Positions 55,144 through 64,000 of a DNA stretch of 64,000 bases are shown in pieces. A program made the translations under genes and the position numbers. The first letter of the stretch is position 1. Each line of letters begins with the position of its first letter. The notes beneath the pieces were generated by a model. That model was not told where the DNA came from. It did no database searches and saw only the letters and a list, made by a program, of their open reading frames with translations. This DNA is from Candidatus Omnitrophota bacterium (GTDB lineage Bacteria > Omnitrophota > Gorgyraeia > Duberdicusellales > Duberdicusellaceae): assembly GCA_016932855.1 (NCBI GenBank), contig JAFGCB010000029.1, positions 2,547 to 66,546 on the forward strand, in the 5' to 3' direction.

Positions 55144-56796
55144 TTAAACCTTTGCCAGGCTAAAAGGCGGATATACCTCTGATTCAACCACTACGTCGAT
55201 TAATGCAGGTTTGCCCGAAGCCAGAGCCTTTTTAAATGCCGGTTCAAAATCTTCAAGCTTTTCGACTCTTGTGCAATAGCTGCCGCAGGCTTCTGCGTAT
55301 TTTACATAATCGGGATTCTGAAATTGCATAAAAGCGTGTTCGCCGAAGAGGTTTATCAGAAACTTTTTAATTACGTTAAATTCTCCGTTGTCGAAGATTA
55401 CCCATATTACCGGTATATCATATTGGACAGCTGTTAAAAGCTCGAATCCGGCCATAAGATAAGCTCCGTCGCCGCAGCCGCAGATAACTGTTTTATCGGG
55501 ATTGGCGCATTTTACTCCGATTGAGCCGTTTACGTGGCTGGCCATGGGGCCAAAGCTTCCCGGATTTTGATAACGCTGGTTTTTAGTAAGTTTTAAGTAG
55601 CAGTTGAGCCAGAGCATGTGCGAGCCGGCATCTCCCATGATAATGCTGTTTGGGGGCAAGTTTCTGGACATAATTTTTACCATTTCTCCGGGATGGATTT
55701 TGCTTCCCTTGTGTTCTATAGGTGTATCGTACCAGGTTTCTTTGTTGGCTGTTTTAGGTTCAACTTTACTTATCTTTTTGGAAAGTTCCTGGGCGATTCG
55801 TGTAATAGCCGGCTTGACGTCACTTACAATTCCAATAGTTGCCTTGTAGACCTTATTTATTTCCTTTTCATCGATATTTATGTGGATAAGGGTTTTAGCG
55901 GAGTAGGAATCCGCCTTGAATCCAAAAGTAGCATTTTGGGCAAAAGAGTTGCCGATGGCTATAACAAGCTTTGAATTATCAAAATAATTCTTAGCCCCCA
56001 GGTCTCCTGATGTACCCAATACGCCCAGAGCTAAGGGGTGGTCTTCAGGTAATACTCCTTTTGCGTCCATAGTAGTAGCAAAAGGAATTTGGAATTTTTC
56101 AACAAAATCCAAAACTTCTTTCTCGGCATGGCTTCTAATTGAGCCGTATCCGATAAGGGCCATAATTTGTTCGTTGCTTTGAATTGATTTAGCTATCGTA
56201 TTTGCGGCCTCAGCTATTTTTTTAGAGTCCGGTAAAACAGGCTTTATAGCCAGTTTAATTTCCCGGAAATTTTTAACTTCAGCAACGGTAATATTTTTAG
56301 GCACGTGGATATGAACCGGTCCCGGCCTGCCCTCAAAAGCAGTATTAATTGCTTCTTCGAGGATGTCGCAGGTTTTATCAGGGTCTTCGATAATAAAAGA
56401 CTTTTTGGTTGTAGCCGAAAACATCTTGTGGGAATCAGGAGTCCGGTTAAGCCCGGTTGATTCGTTTAAGGCGCCTTTACCTCTATTAGGAGCTGAGGCG
56501 TATCCGGTAATGCCGATAATTGGCAGGCTGTCGTAGAGGGCCACTGCCATGCCGGAAAAAAGATTAAAGGCTCCTGGTCCGCCGGTAGCAAAACAGACAC
56601 CGAGCTTATCGGAAAACATAGCATAGCCGCAGGCCATAAATGATGCGGCTTGTTCATTGCGGACGATCAGGGTTTTGATTTGCTTTGATTTCTTTAAGGC
56701 CAGAAGCATTGTGGCGTTAACCTGGCCTGAACCGCCGAATACATGGTCGACCCCGACTAACTCCAGAGTTTTAACAATAGCTTGATTTACATCCAT
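55144..56796 (-). CDS. Thiamine-pyrophosphate enzyme (acetolactate synthase / pyruvate oxidase family).
   Basis: N-terminal TPP_N (HVFGGSGQVN...ASFMACGYA), central and C-terminal TPP-binding block GCGDGAYLMAGFELLTAVQYDIPVIWVIFDNGEFNVI. Confidence 0.7.
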   Translation of the reverse strand: MDVNQAIVKTLELVGVDHVFGGSGQVNATMLLALKKSKQIKTLIVRNEQAASFMACGYAMFSDKLGVCFATGGPGAFNLFSGMAVALYDSLPIIGITGYASAPNRGKGALNESTGLNRTPDSHKMFSATTKKSFIIEDPDKTCDILEEAINTAFEGRPGPVHIHVPKNITVAEVKNFREIKLAIKPVLPDSKKIAEAANTIAKSIQSNEQIMALIGYGSIRSHAEKEVLDFVEKFQIPFATTMDAKGVLPEDHPLALGVLGTSGDLGAKNYFDNSKLVIAIGNSFAQNATFGFKADSYSAKTLIHINIDEKEINKVYKATIGIVSDVKPAITRIAQELSKKISKVEPKTANKETWYDTPIEHKGSKIHPGEMVKIMSRNLPPNSIIMGDAGSHMLWLNCYLKLTKNQRYQNPGSFGPMASHVNGSIGVKCANPDKTVICGCGDGAYLMAGFELLTAVQYDIPVIWVIFDNGEFNVIKKFLINLFGEHAFMQFQNPDYVKYAEACGSYCTRVEKLEDFEPAFKKALASGKPALIDVVVESEVYPPFSLAKV

Positions 56797-56798
56797 AA

Positions 56799-57038
56799 TT
56801 ATTCCCCTTCTTTTTTCTGGCTGAACTTGCCGACCGCAAGCTTAGGCGGGCGTTTAGAAAAAAGTATCCCGTCGCAGGCCGCGTTATCAAGAGTATATCC
56901 GTTAAAAAACAGATAGATACGGTCTTTAGGGACTTTGCTTAGCTCGGAGAATGTGGTTATGAACTTATCGGCAAGAACTTCCTTTTGTTCGTCGGTAAGC
57001 TCTAAAGAGTGTATTACTATTGACGGCACACTACACCT
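56799..57038 (-). CDS. Tautomerase (4-OT) family protein.
   Basis: GTG start at 57038 after AAGGAGG. (M)PSIVIHSLELTDEQKEVLADKFITTFSELSKVPKDRIYLFF is the Pro1 tautomerase pattern. Confidence 0.55.
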   Translation of the reverse strand, partial: RCSVPSIVIHSLELTDEQKEVLADKFITTFSELSKVPKDRIYLFFNGYTLDNAACDGILFSKRPPKLAVGKFSQKKEGE

Positions 57039-57222
57039 CCTTAAATGAGTCCCGCTATTGCGGGACGAATTCAACCCCCTGATTTCTACGAAAGTAGAAG
57101 TTTTACGGGGTGATTTTTAATATTAATTTTTAAGAAAACATTTATGGGTCTGCCCAGCGCTAATTCCTTTTACAGAAGATAGCGCTGGGTTTGTCCACTA
57201 GATAATAAAAGTTGTCTTTGTT

Positions 57223-58008
57223 TCAGGCGCGGACTTTATCTTTTCTGGTTGCCAAGACTTCGACGATTTTTTTTCCGTAAGCAATAGATGATTCGACTGA
57301 GGTTCCGGTGACAAAGGGCCAGTCAAAAGCAACTTCCGGGTTATCCCGGTTTGCTCTTGCGTTGGCAATGCACATTCCATTAGGTCCTACTGCGTCTCTT
57401 ACCAGATGTTCTATAGGCCAGAGAAAACCCGGGGTGTGAACGTCGGTGCCCTTGTTATCTTCGGTTGCACCATAAAGAGGGTAAGGAAAATCCCAGTCAG
57501 GGCCGTAAAAATCCCAGGCAGCCGGATGAGCGGTTACTCGTTTTCCCCAGATAATGCTTCTATTGTTGTTTTCGGGGTTACGTAAAAACACAAGCGTTGT
57601 TACCGCGTAGCATAAAGCGCCGATAAGCTTATCGGACTTATAGGCATCCCAGATGAGTTTATGTACATTGTAGTTATTGCACATATCAATCATTGCGCCT
57701 AAGCCGCCGGTGAGAACTATGGCGTCGTAATCAGCCATCTTAGCTTGCTTAAAAGTAAGTGGATTTGCCCATTCATTTCCGTCGGTAAGCTCTTTTATCC
57801 TTTTACAGACTTCAGGCGGGTTAACTTTAAAATTAATAATCGGGTCCACAAAATCCGGGTCAACGCTTACTGCTAAAGGTAAGGGTTTTTTCCCCAAGGG
57901 TGTGGCAAGAGTAACATCGTGACCCGCGGCTTTAATAATATCCCAGGGTGCCTGAAGTTCCTCTCCCCATGTGCCGTAGTTTGTGGCGAGAATTAAAACT
58001 TTTGCCAT
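57223..58008 (-). CDS. DJ-1/PfpI (class I glutamine-amidotransferase-like) family protein, paralog 1.
   Basis: KVLILATNYGTWGEE...YDAIVLTGGLGAM...GALCYAV. Paralog of 58102..58884. Confidence 0.5.
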   Translation of the reverse strand: MAKVLILATNYGTWGEELQAPWDIIKAAGHDVTLATPLGKKPLPLAVSVDPDFVDPIINFKVNPPEVCKRIKELTDGNEWANPLTFKQAKMADYDAIVLTGGLGAMIDMCNNYNVHKLIWDAYKSDKLIGALCYAVTTLVFLRNPENNNRSIIWGKRVTAHPAAWDFYGPDWDFPYPLYGATEDNKGTDVHTPGFLWPIEHLVRDAVGPNGMCIANARANRDNPEVAFDWPFVTGTSVESSIAYGKKIVEVLATRKDKVRA

Positions 58009-58101
58009 AAAACCTCCTTTTAAATTAGTTTTGACAAACGCGATTTTTTCATTTAATGATACTTATCCGGCCCCACCGTATAAGATATACGAATTTCCAT
58101 G

Positions 58102-58884
58102 CTAACCTCGTTGGTTTAACACTTCCACTATCTTTTTGCCAAAGGCAATTGATGATTCAACTGAGTTCCCGGTTATAAAAGGCCAATCAAACTCAACTCT
58201 GGGATTATCACGGGTCGCGCCGGGATCACCAATGCAAAGGCCGCCGGGACCCACTGCATCTCGCGCTATATCTTCTAAGGGATATAAAAATCCCGAATAC
58301 ACAGCGTCGGTACCCTTATTATCGTCTGTGGCACCCCATAATTCCAAAGTCACGTTGTCTTCGAAATCCCAGGCCCGGGGATGACAGGCTATTCTTTTAC
58401 CTTTTATGATGCTGTTATAAGCATCTTTGGGGTCTCGCGTGAAAAGAAGAGCCGCGGTCGAGTAACACAAGGTAGCTATCAATTTATTTGAATAATAGGC
58501 TTGGTAAATAAGCCTCTTGAAATATTTATTGGGAGCCAAATCCATCATCGCGCCTAAACCACCTGTACCTACAATAGCATCGTAATCAGACATTTTAGCG
58601 TCAGCAAGTTTAATCGGATGGGCCCATTCTTCTCCTTGGACTAATTCTTTTGTCCGGTCACAAACAAATTTAGGATTTACCTTAGGATTCGCACCGGGTA
58701 TTTTTTCAAGCATTGGATCGACAAAATCCGGATCAACACTTATTTTTAAGGGTAAAGGTTTTTTGCCTTGAGGAGTAGCAAGAGTCACGTCAAGCTTAGC
58801 CTTTTTTAGTTCATCCCAAGGTCCTTGGAGTTCTTCAGCCCATACGCCAAAATTCGTCGCGCATACTAATACCTTTTTAGCCAT
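58102..58884 (-). CDS. DJ-1/PfpI-like family protein, paralog 2.
   Basis: KVLVCATNFGVWAEE...YDAIVGTGGLGAM...ATLCYS. Collinear with paralog 1. Confidence 0.5.
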   Translation of the reverse strand: MAKKVLVCATNFGVWAEELQGPWDELKKAKLDVTLATPQGKKPLPLKISVDPDFVDPMLEKIPGANPKVNPKFVCDRTKELVQGEEWAHPIKLADAKMSDYDAIVGTGGLGAMMDLAPNKYFKRLIYQAYYSNKLIATLCYSTAALLFTRDPKDAYNSIIKGKRIACHPRAWDFEDNVTLELWGATDDNKGTDAVYSGFLYPLEDIARDAVGPGGLCIGDPGATRDNPRVEFDWPFITGNSVESSIAFGKKIVEVLNQRG

Positions 58885-58925
58885 TAGTTACCTCCTTTTA
58901 CCTAAATTTAAAAAATAACGAAATT

Positions 58926-59262
58926 TCACTTATCATCCTTCCAGGGGAAATCGGTTTTAATAGGGCTAAATATATCAATAGCCTCAGTCTGGCCCACTGC
59001 GGTAAATTCATGCGGGACGTCCGGCGGAATAAAATACGCATCCCCTTCTTTAAGCATTTCTTCTCTGTCGCCGATAAGCATTTTAAAACCGCCTTTTATG
59101 ACATAGCCGAATTGTTCCTGAGAATGGGTATGAAGTTTTACCACGCTTCCGTCGGCCATGTCCCAGTGCTGAGCGTTCATTTTCTGGCATTCTCCCAGAT
59201 ACTGGCGGATAACCCCTCCGCCCATATCATGCTTCTTTAATTTTCCTCTAAAAACAAACATT
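58926..59262 (-). CDS. Cupin-domain protein.
   Basis: Start revised to ATG 59262 (AAGGAGGTG at -5). HTHSQEQFGYVIKGGFKMLIGDREEMLKEGDAYFIPPDVPHEF is cupin_2 motifs. Confidence 0.6.
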
Positions 59263-59395
59263 TCACCTCCTTCAATGAGCTCATAACTTACGCGACCAAA
59301 GGGAGCGTAAGTTATGTGAGCGAATTGAACCCCGTGATAAGCGCAGCGCATTTTACGGGGTCAATGGTGTAAGCGTTATCCTTCTAAGCTGCGTC

Positions 59396-59965
59396 CTATT
59401 TCTTCGCGGCCAGCATCTCAATTATCTTTTTAGCAAACAAATGGCAGTGCCCTCCTGAGCGGGCAGTTACCAGGTCGTCATCGACTACCACGTCTTCATC
59501 TACGTATACCGCGCCCATATTCTTCGCGTCTCCCAAGAGATTGTTATGAACTACTAATTTTCTTCCCTTGATTACTTCGGCAATAGGCGCCATAAGCCAT
59601 AGCCCATGGCAGATAATCCCTTTTATAATATTTTTTTCCCCGAAGGCTCTTTTCATAAGCTCAACTGCCGGGGATATCTTTTTTACATCCTCGGTGTATC
59701 TTAATCGGTCAGCTACTATGCCGGCCGGCACGATTATAGCTGAATAGCTTTTAAGGGTTGCATCGTCGATATTCTCCAAACTTTCGTGACATTCAAAAGG
59801 AATATGATATTCATGTCCTTTAAAGGTTAAAGAGGTTTGGCCCCACATCCGGGTTAAAAAATGCACATCAGCGCCTTCTTCGGCGAATCTAAACTTGTAA
59901 TACCAAATTTCCGGTTCGTAAAAATCAGCTTCCATTAATATGGCGATTTTCTTACCTTTAAGCAT
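59396..59965 (-). CDS. PfpI/DJ-1 family intracellular protease/amidase-like protein.
   Basis: KKIAILMEADFYEPE...GIICHGLWLM (Cys-His nucleophile elbow). Confidence 0.65.
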   Translation of the reverse strand: MLKGKKIAILMEADFYEPEIWYYKFRFAEEGADVHFLTRMWGQTSLTFKGHEYHIPFECHESLENIDDATLKSYSAIIVPAGIVADRLRYTEDVKKISPAVELMKRAFGEKNIIKGIICHGLWLMAPIAEVIKGRKLVVHNNLLGDAKNMGAVYVDEDVVVDDDLVTARSGGHCHLFAKKIIEMLAAKK

Positions 59966-61146
59966 TATTCCCCCTTCCCTTTGTAGCGCATAGTAAGCAT
60001 GGTAATGTCATCAGACTGGGGTTCATCCTCGGCGAATTCGTGTATTTGCCGGCGGACTTCGGCCACAATATCTTTTAGGTCTTTATCTTTTAAACCCGAC
60101 ATGCAGTTTTTTAAGCGTTCGTCCGAAAAAAGTTGATGTGCCGGATTCATGGCTTCAGTCACCCCGTCAGTATAGATAAATATTGAATCGCCTGGTTCGA
60201 GTTTCAAGCAGCGGCTCTCGAATTTAGCCTCAGGCATAACTCCCACCACGCAGGCACTATGAACATCTAAGTAGTCAAAGTCTTTATTGTTTACTGAAAT
60301 TAAGGGCGGATTATGGCCGCCGTTGGAATAGCAAAGACTGCCGTTTTCAAAATCAAGAACCGCGTAAAAAAGTGTAACAAACATGCAATTGTCATTATCG
60401 GGGAAAAGTATCTTATTTGTCCTAAAGAGGGCTTCGTCAGGGTCGCACCCGGTTAGAGCCTGGGTTTTTAGAACGGCTTTACTTATGGCCATAAAAAGCG
60501 CTGCCGGGACTCCTTTGCCTGAGACGTCGCCTATAAGAAAACCTAATTTATTTTCGCCGATAAGAAAGAAATCGAAGAAATCACCTCCTACTTCCCGGGC
60601 CGGATCCATGGTTGCGAATATTTCAAATTCCTTTCTTTCGGGAAAAGGCGGAAATATCCGGGGAAGCATGCTGGTTTGAATCCGCTGGGCGATTCTCAGT
60701 TCGCTCTTGATGCGTTCCTTGGCTTCTGTCTCCTTCCGCAAGTTTTCGACAAAGCGCTCGAAACTTACATACATCAGATTAAGGACGAGAGCTGTATCCT
60801 TCTGGCATAACCCGACTAGTTCATTCTTGCTTAGGGTATATACCTCTAAATCCTCCGCGCAGACGGCTGAAGCCATCCTCTGTTTAGAAGGAGAAAAAAT
60901 TCCCATCTCGCCTATAACCTGTCCTTTGCCTACCGTTTTATTGATCTCTATTAATTTTATCGAACCTGTGTCTATATAAAACATCTTGTCAGCCTTATCT
61001 CCGGCTTTGAAAAGAGCGTCTCCTTTTTTATAGGTTTCTTTCTTCATGTAAGAAAGAGGCCATTTAAAAGATTCGTATCCTTTTTCCTGATTTTGCTTTT
61101 TTGATTGGGAAGGATTATCCATGGCAATTTCCTTTCTATCTAGCAA
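59965..61146 (-). CDS. Cyclic-nucleotide-binding domain - PP2C (SpoIIE/RsbU-type) Ser/Thr phosphatase.
   Basis: N-terminal cNMP fold (FKAGDKADKMFYIDTGSIKLIE...IGEMGIF...RMASAVCAE). C-terminal PP2C DVSGKGVPAALFMA...NGGHNPP...YTDGVTEA. Confidence 0.7.
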   Translation of the reverse strand: MLDRKEIAMDNPSQSKKQNQEKGYESFKWPLSYMKKETYKKGDALFKAGDKADKMFYIDTGSIKLIEINKTVGKGQVIGEMGIFSPSKQRMASAVCAEDLEVYTLSKNELVGLCQKDTALVLNLMYVSFERFVENLRKETEAKERIKSELRIAQRIQTSMLPRIFPPFPERKEFEIFATMDPAREVGGDFFDFFLIGENKLGFLIGDVSGKGVPAALFMAISKAVLKTQALTGCDPDEALFRTNKILFPDNDNCMFVTLFYAVLDFENGSLCYSNGGHNPPLISVNNKDFDYLDVHSACVVGVMPEAKFESRCLKLEPGDSIFIYTDGVTEAMNPAHQLFSDERLKNCMSGLKDKDLKDIVAEVRRQIHEFAEDEPQSDDITMLTMRYKGKGE

Positions 61147-61147
61147 C

Positions 61148-62761
61148 TTAAGCGTAAGCTACGCCGTTATAGCGTAAGGCCAGCATGGTAATATCATCGG
61201 ATTGGATAGTTCCCTGGGCAAAAATACTTACCTCATCCCGTATGCCCTTGATCAGTTCTTCTATATTTTTATCCTTAAGAGCTGATACGCAGCTTTTAAG
61301 TTTTTTTTCGGAAAACATTTTGTCTTCGGGATTCATGGCTTCGGTTACTCCGTCGGTGTAAAGAAGAATAGCATCTTGCGGTTTAAGGTCTATAGTTTGA
61401 AGCGTAAATTTAGTATCCGGCATAGCCCCGACTACAAATCCCTTGGCCACATCCAGAAATTCAAATTCGGCCTTGCCGCTATAAAGCATGGGGGGATTGT
61501 GCCCGGCATTAGCATATTCTAGTCTGCCGGTGGAAATATCAAGGGTCGCGCAGAAAACCGTGACAAACATGCAGGTATCATTATCAGGAAAAATAATCTG
61601 GTTAACCCGTGTAAGAATTTCATCGGGCTTAAGGCCCCTTAGGCCTTCGGTTTTAAATAAGGCCTTACTTATAGCCATAAAAAGCGCTGCCGGAATTCCT
61701 TTTCCCGAAACATCCCCGATAAGAAAACAAAGTTTATTTTTATCTACCAGAAAAAAGTCAAAAAGGTCTCCTCCTACTTCCTTTGCCGGTTCCATCATGG
61801 CGTAAATATCAAATTCTTTTCTTTCTGGAAAAGGCGGAAATATCCGGGGCAGAAGACTTGTTTGTATTGTGTTGGCAATTTTAAGCTCGCTTTCGATTCT
61901 TTCCTTTGCTGCGGTAGTGCGTTTAAGTTCTTCAATGTGGTCTTTAAGGTCTTGGGCCATGCTGTTGAAGGAGCGGGCAAGGGTGCCTATTTCATCGCGG
62001 CTTTTGACCTTAACCCGGTAATCTAAATTACCTTCGGCAATATGGCGGGTTCCCTGGGCCAGTTCAGTAATCGGGTTAGTGACACCCTTGGAGATGAAGG
62101 CTGCAACGCTTAAGGAAAGAATAACTCCTAAGACTAATACCAGAATAGCCCGCTGGGTAACTTTTTTTTGTATTGCCTCGACGTCATGGGCAGTCATATC
62201 TATTCCTAATATAGCTATGCTTTTGCCGTTTTTATCGTAAATCGGGGCATAGGCCGACAAAAATGTCCCCCAGGGATCATGGGTAAGTTCTTTATCAACG
62301 CAAGCTTTGTTAAAAGCTTCAAGCATTTCGGGAAAAGCTGAGGCATCGTAGGTATCGCCGGGGAAGGAAGTCGCTGCAGTTTTTTTTGTCATGTCTTCTG
62401 TATCAGGGTCAACAATGAATTTAAGAATCCCTGTTTTTTCGGTTTTGGCTAAAGTATAAATATACTTGAGGTAAGGATTAGTCTTTTTTATTTTCCGTAA
62501 TTTTTCCGCGATTATTTTATACTCAGAGGTTTTGATGCCTTGTTGGTTTAAAGGAACCTCAAGCAGCATATCCGCATCTACCAATAAGCTTGCTGTTTGG
62601 GCGATTATTTTTAGCTTTTCCTGAAGCTGAGAAAATTGAGCTTTCCGGGCGAACTCATAGATGAGAAAATTACTTAAAGCCGCGGAAAAGAGCATTGCAA
62701 GCACCAGGATTATTGTAATTTTTGCCTGGTAGCTGCGCAGTTTTTCAATGATCTTTGTCAT
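61148..62761 (-). CDS. Membrane sensor phosphatase: TM - periplasmic Cache-like domain - TM - HAMP - PP2C (SpoIIE/RsbU-type).
   Basis: HAMP EGNLDYRVKVKSRDEIGTLARSFNSMAQDL. PP2C GDVSGKGIPAALFMA...AGHNPP...YTDGVTEA, highly similar to the catalytic domain of the adjacent gene. Confidence 0.7.
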   Translation of the reverse strand: MTKIIEKLRSYQAKITIILVLAMLFSAALSNFLIYEFARKAQFSQLQEKLKIIAQTASLLVDADMLLEVPLNQQGIKTSEYKIIAEKLRKIKKTNPYLKYIYTLAKTEKTGILKFIVDPDTEDMTKKTAATSFPGDTYDASAFPEMLEAFNKACVDKELTHDPWGTFLSAYAPIYDKNGKSIAILGIDMTAHDVEAIQKKVTQRAILVLVLGVILSLSVAAFISKGVTNPITELAQGTRHIAEGNLDYRVKVKSRDEIGTLARSFNSMAQDLKDHIEELKRTTAAKERIESELKIANTIQTSLLPRIFPPFPERKEFDIYAMMEPAKEVGGDLFDFFLVDKNKLCFLIGDVSGKGIPAALFMAISKALFKTEGLRGLKPDEILTRVNQIIFPDNDTCMFVTVFCATLDISTGRLEYANAGHNPPMLYSGKAEFEFLDVAKGFVVGAMPDTKFTLQTIDLKPQDAILLYTDGVTEAMNPEDKMFSEKKLKSCVSALKDKNIEELIKGIRDEVSIFAQGTIQSDDITMLALRYNGVAYA

Positions 62762-62802
62762 TTTTTAGCTTATTCTAGCGAGCAGTTACGCCGGTATAAT
62801 TA

Positions 62803-63204
62803 TCAATATTTTACAAAAGTGAAAATATTGCTATCGCCGGTTCGGGTATAATTTGTTTCGTCCATGGTATTGCGGACCAAATATATGCCCAGGCCGCCTA
62901 TTTTTCGTTCTTCCAAGGGGGCTTTCGTGTCCGGTTCCGGCAGTTCAAGCGGATTAAAAGCAATTCCCCAGTCGACAATTTTTACTTCCAGGCCCTTGGA
63001 TTCTTTGGTACTGCAGGTTATTTCAAATTTGCCTTTTTTATCGGGATAGGCGTAATTAATGATATTTACCAGCAGTTCTTCGGAGGCAAGCTGGATTTGA
63101 TTTATTTTCTTCTTATCAAAGCCCTGCAGTTGAGCTTGTTGATTTATAAAGTCAACAGCCTTATCAAGATTCTCCAGCTTAGCCTCAAGGGTTAACTTTT
63201 CCAT
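62803..63204 (-). CDS. Anti-sigma regulatory factor / Ser-protein kinase (RsbW/SpoIIAB-like HATPase).
   Basis: ASEELLVNIINYAY...GGLGIYLVRNTMDE. Confidence 0.65.
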   Translation of the reverse strand: MEKLTLEAKLENLDKAVDFINQQAQLQGFDKKKINQIQLASEELLVNIINYAYPDKKGKFEITCSTKESKGLEVKIVDWGIAFNPLELPEPDTKAPLEERKIGGLGIYLVRNTMDETNYTRTGDSNIFTFVKY

Positions 63205-63209
63205 GTCCG

Positions 63210-63530
63210 CTATTCTTCGTAGCTGTCCTGGATAACCATGAAATTATCGAGTCCGCTCATCTTGATAACGTTTAAGACGGTTTCTTGCGCTCCGATCAGG
63301 TATACTTGGGCATTAACCCCTATTTTTTGTTTAGCGAATATAATTACCCTTAGTCCCGCACTGGAGATATAAGTGAGATCTTTTGCGAACAGGACAAGGC
63401 GCGCGACAGTTTGTCCGATTAATTTTTGTAGTTCCGCTTGAAGGCCGGGTGAATTCGTGGCGTCTAATTTGCCGGAAAGTTCTATCTTAGCAATTCCTTC
63501 TTTGAAATTCACCGAACATTTGGACTCCAT
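63210..63530 (-). CDS. STAS-domain anti-sigma-factor antagonist (RsbV/SpoIIAA-like).
   Basis: DLTYISSAGLRVIIFA with conserved phosphorylatable Ser context. Confidence 0.7.
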   Translation of the reverse strand: MESKCSVNFKEGIAKIELSGKLDATNSPGLQAELQKLIGQTVARLVLFAKDLTYISSAGLRVIIFAKQKIGVNAQVYLIGAQETVLNVIKMSGLDNFMVIQDSYEE

Positions 63531-63563
63531 TATTTTTTCTCCTTTCTTTCCTTTGATTTCATC

Positions 63564-64000
63564 TTAGGAGTTTTTTTTGATTTTATTTTGGTAGTTTTTT
63601 CGGGCTTCTGTTTTCTGTGTATCGCTTTGTCTAGCCGCGGGTCTTTTACCGATTAATATGATAACCGAATGGGGTCCCACGAGGAATTCTTTTTGGTTGT
63701 CTAGTTCTTTTTCCTGGCCTACTTTCCAGATGTCTTGTCCGGCCTCAGCGTCGGTATTTACACAAACATACCAGGCGATATCCGTTGGCAGCTGAGGAAG
63801 CTCAAAGCCGTGCATTTCCCAGTGCATATTCATGGCAACATAAATAGGGTTGTCCATTGCCGTGCCGCCTTTGGCGTGCTTTCCGCAAAGCAGAAAAGCA
63901 AGAACCCTGCTGCTTTCGGACCAGTCGGCATACCAGGCTTTGGTTCCGTGCCAGGATATATCAGGATAGCCGCTTCCCATATAGTCTATGTTTTGAAAGT
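63564..64000 (-). CDS. C-terminal part of a GlgX/isoamylase-like alpha-amylase-family enzyme (partial; 5' end beyond window).
   Basis: ...SSRVLAFLLCGKH...IYVAMNMHWEMHGFELP resembles the C-terminal beta domain of glycogen debranching enzymes. Frame is open to the window edge. Confidence 0.35.
   Translation of the reverse strand, partial: FQNIDYMGSGYPDISWHGTKAWYADWSESSRVLAFLLCGKHAKGGTAMDNPIYVAMNMHWEMHGFELPQLPTDIAWYVCVNTDAEAGQDIWKVGQEKELDNQKEFLVGPHSVIILIGKRPAARQSDTQKTEARKNYQNKIKKNS

Noticed and set aside
1-64000. CRISPR array
   Set aside because: No repeat-spacer architecture is present. All tandem repeats found are either coding (giant gene) or short mirrored intergenic arrays.

Overview
This is a 64-kb bacterial window with moderate GC; almost every gene is on the minus strand, and there are no rRNA genes, CRISPR arrays or integrases. 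All calls below come from reading the sequence and from motif-level recall of protein families; no database search was possible.

Main content, in order:
- Positions 1..15102 (-) hold the 5' 15.1 kb (more than 5,030 codons) of a single giant secreted surface protein whose 3' end lies beyond the window start. It has a signal peptide, Kelch-type beta-propeller repeats, four DUF2341-like modules, a LamG/ConA-like domain and about 13 tandem ~95-aa Ig-like repeats (P-N-G-G-E-x-W motif).
- Directly upstream and co-directional is a secretin assembly gene string: a short MerR-like regulator with a perfect palindromic operator inside a TTGACA-17-TATAAG promoter, an ExeA/GspA/MshM-like AAA+ ATPase, a GspB-like bitopic protein, a PilQ/GspD-type secretin and two coiled-coil+TPR proteins.
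- That string ends with an unusual pair: an IS200/RAYT-like HUH-Y1 (HxH plus catalytic Tyr) domain fused to a transmembrane helix and coiled-coil tail, and a small stand-alone paralog of that tail.
- Then come a type-Va autotransporter with a metallophosphoesterase passenger, tRNA-Ser(CGA), a cluster of membrane proteins and lipoproteins that looks like a metal-handling cluster, glgP, mscS, and three plus-strand genes for secreted/unknown proteins sharing a duplicated leader module.
- A cyclic-nucleotide theme follows: bfr, then a ZIP-type transporter with a cNMP-binding domain inserted, a CHASE2 adenylate cyclase, and later a cNMP-binding PP2C phosphatase.
- An envelope cluster holds an outer-membrane beta-barrel, a FecR-like protein, a GFGE-filter ion channel and a TpsB transporter with a duplicated POTRA-only fragment.
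- The remainder is an FGE-sulfatase/ankyrin/DUF1566 trio, an electrophile-detox-like cluster (VOC, TPP enzyme, tautomerase, DJ-1/PfpI x3, cupin), an RsbV/RsbW partner-switching module with two PP2C sensors, and a partial GlgX-like gene at the window end.

Several intergenic regions carry sequence-distinct arrays of mirrored short tandem repeats (REP/MITE-like).

The best candidates for something undescribed are the membrane-anchored HUH protein inside the secretin operon, adjacent to the giant adhesin, and the cNMP-gated ZIP transporter network.
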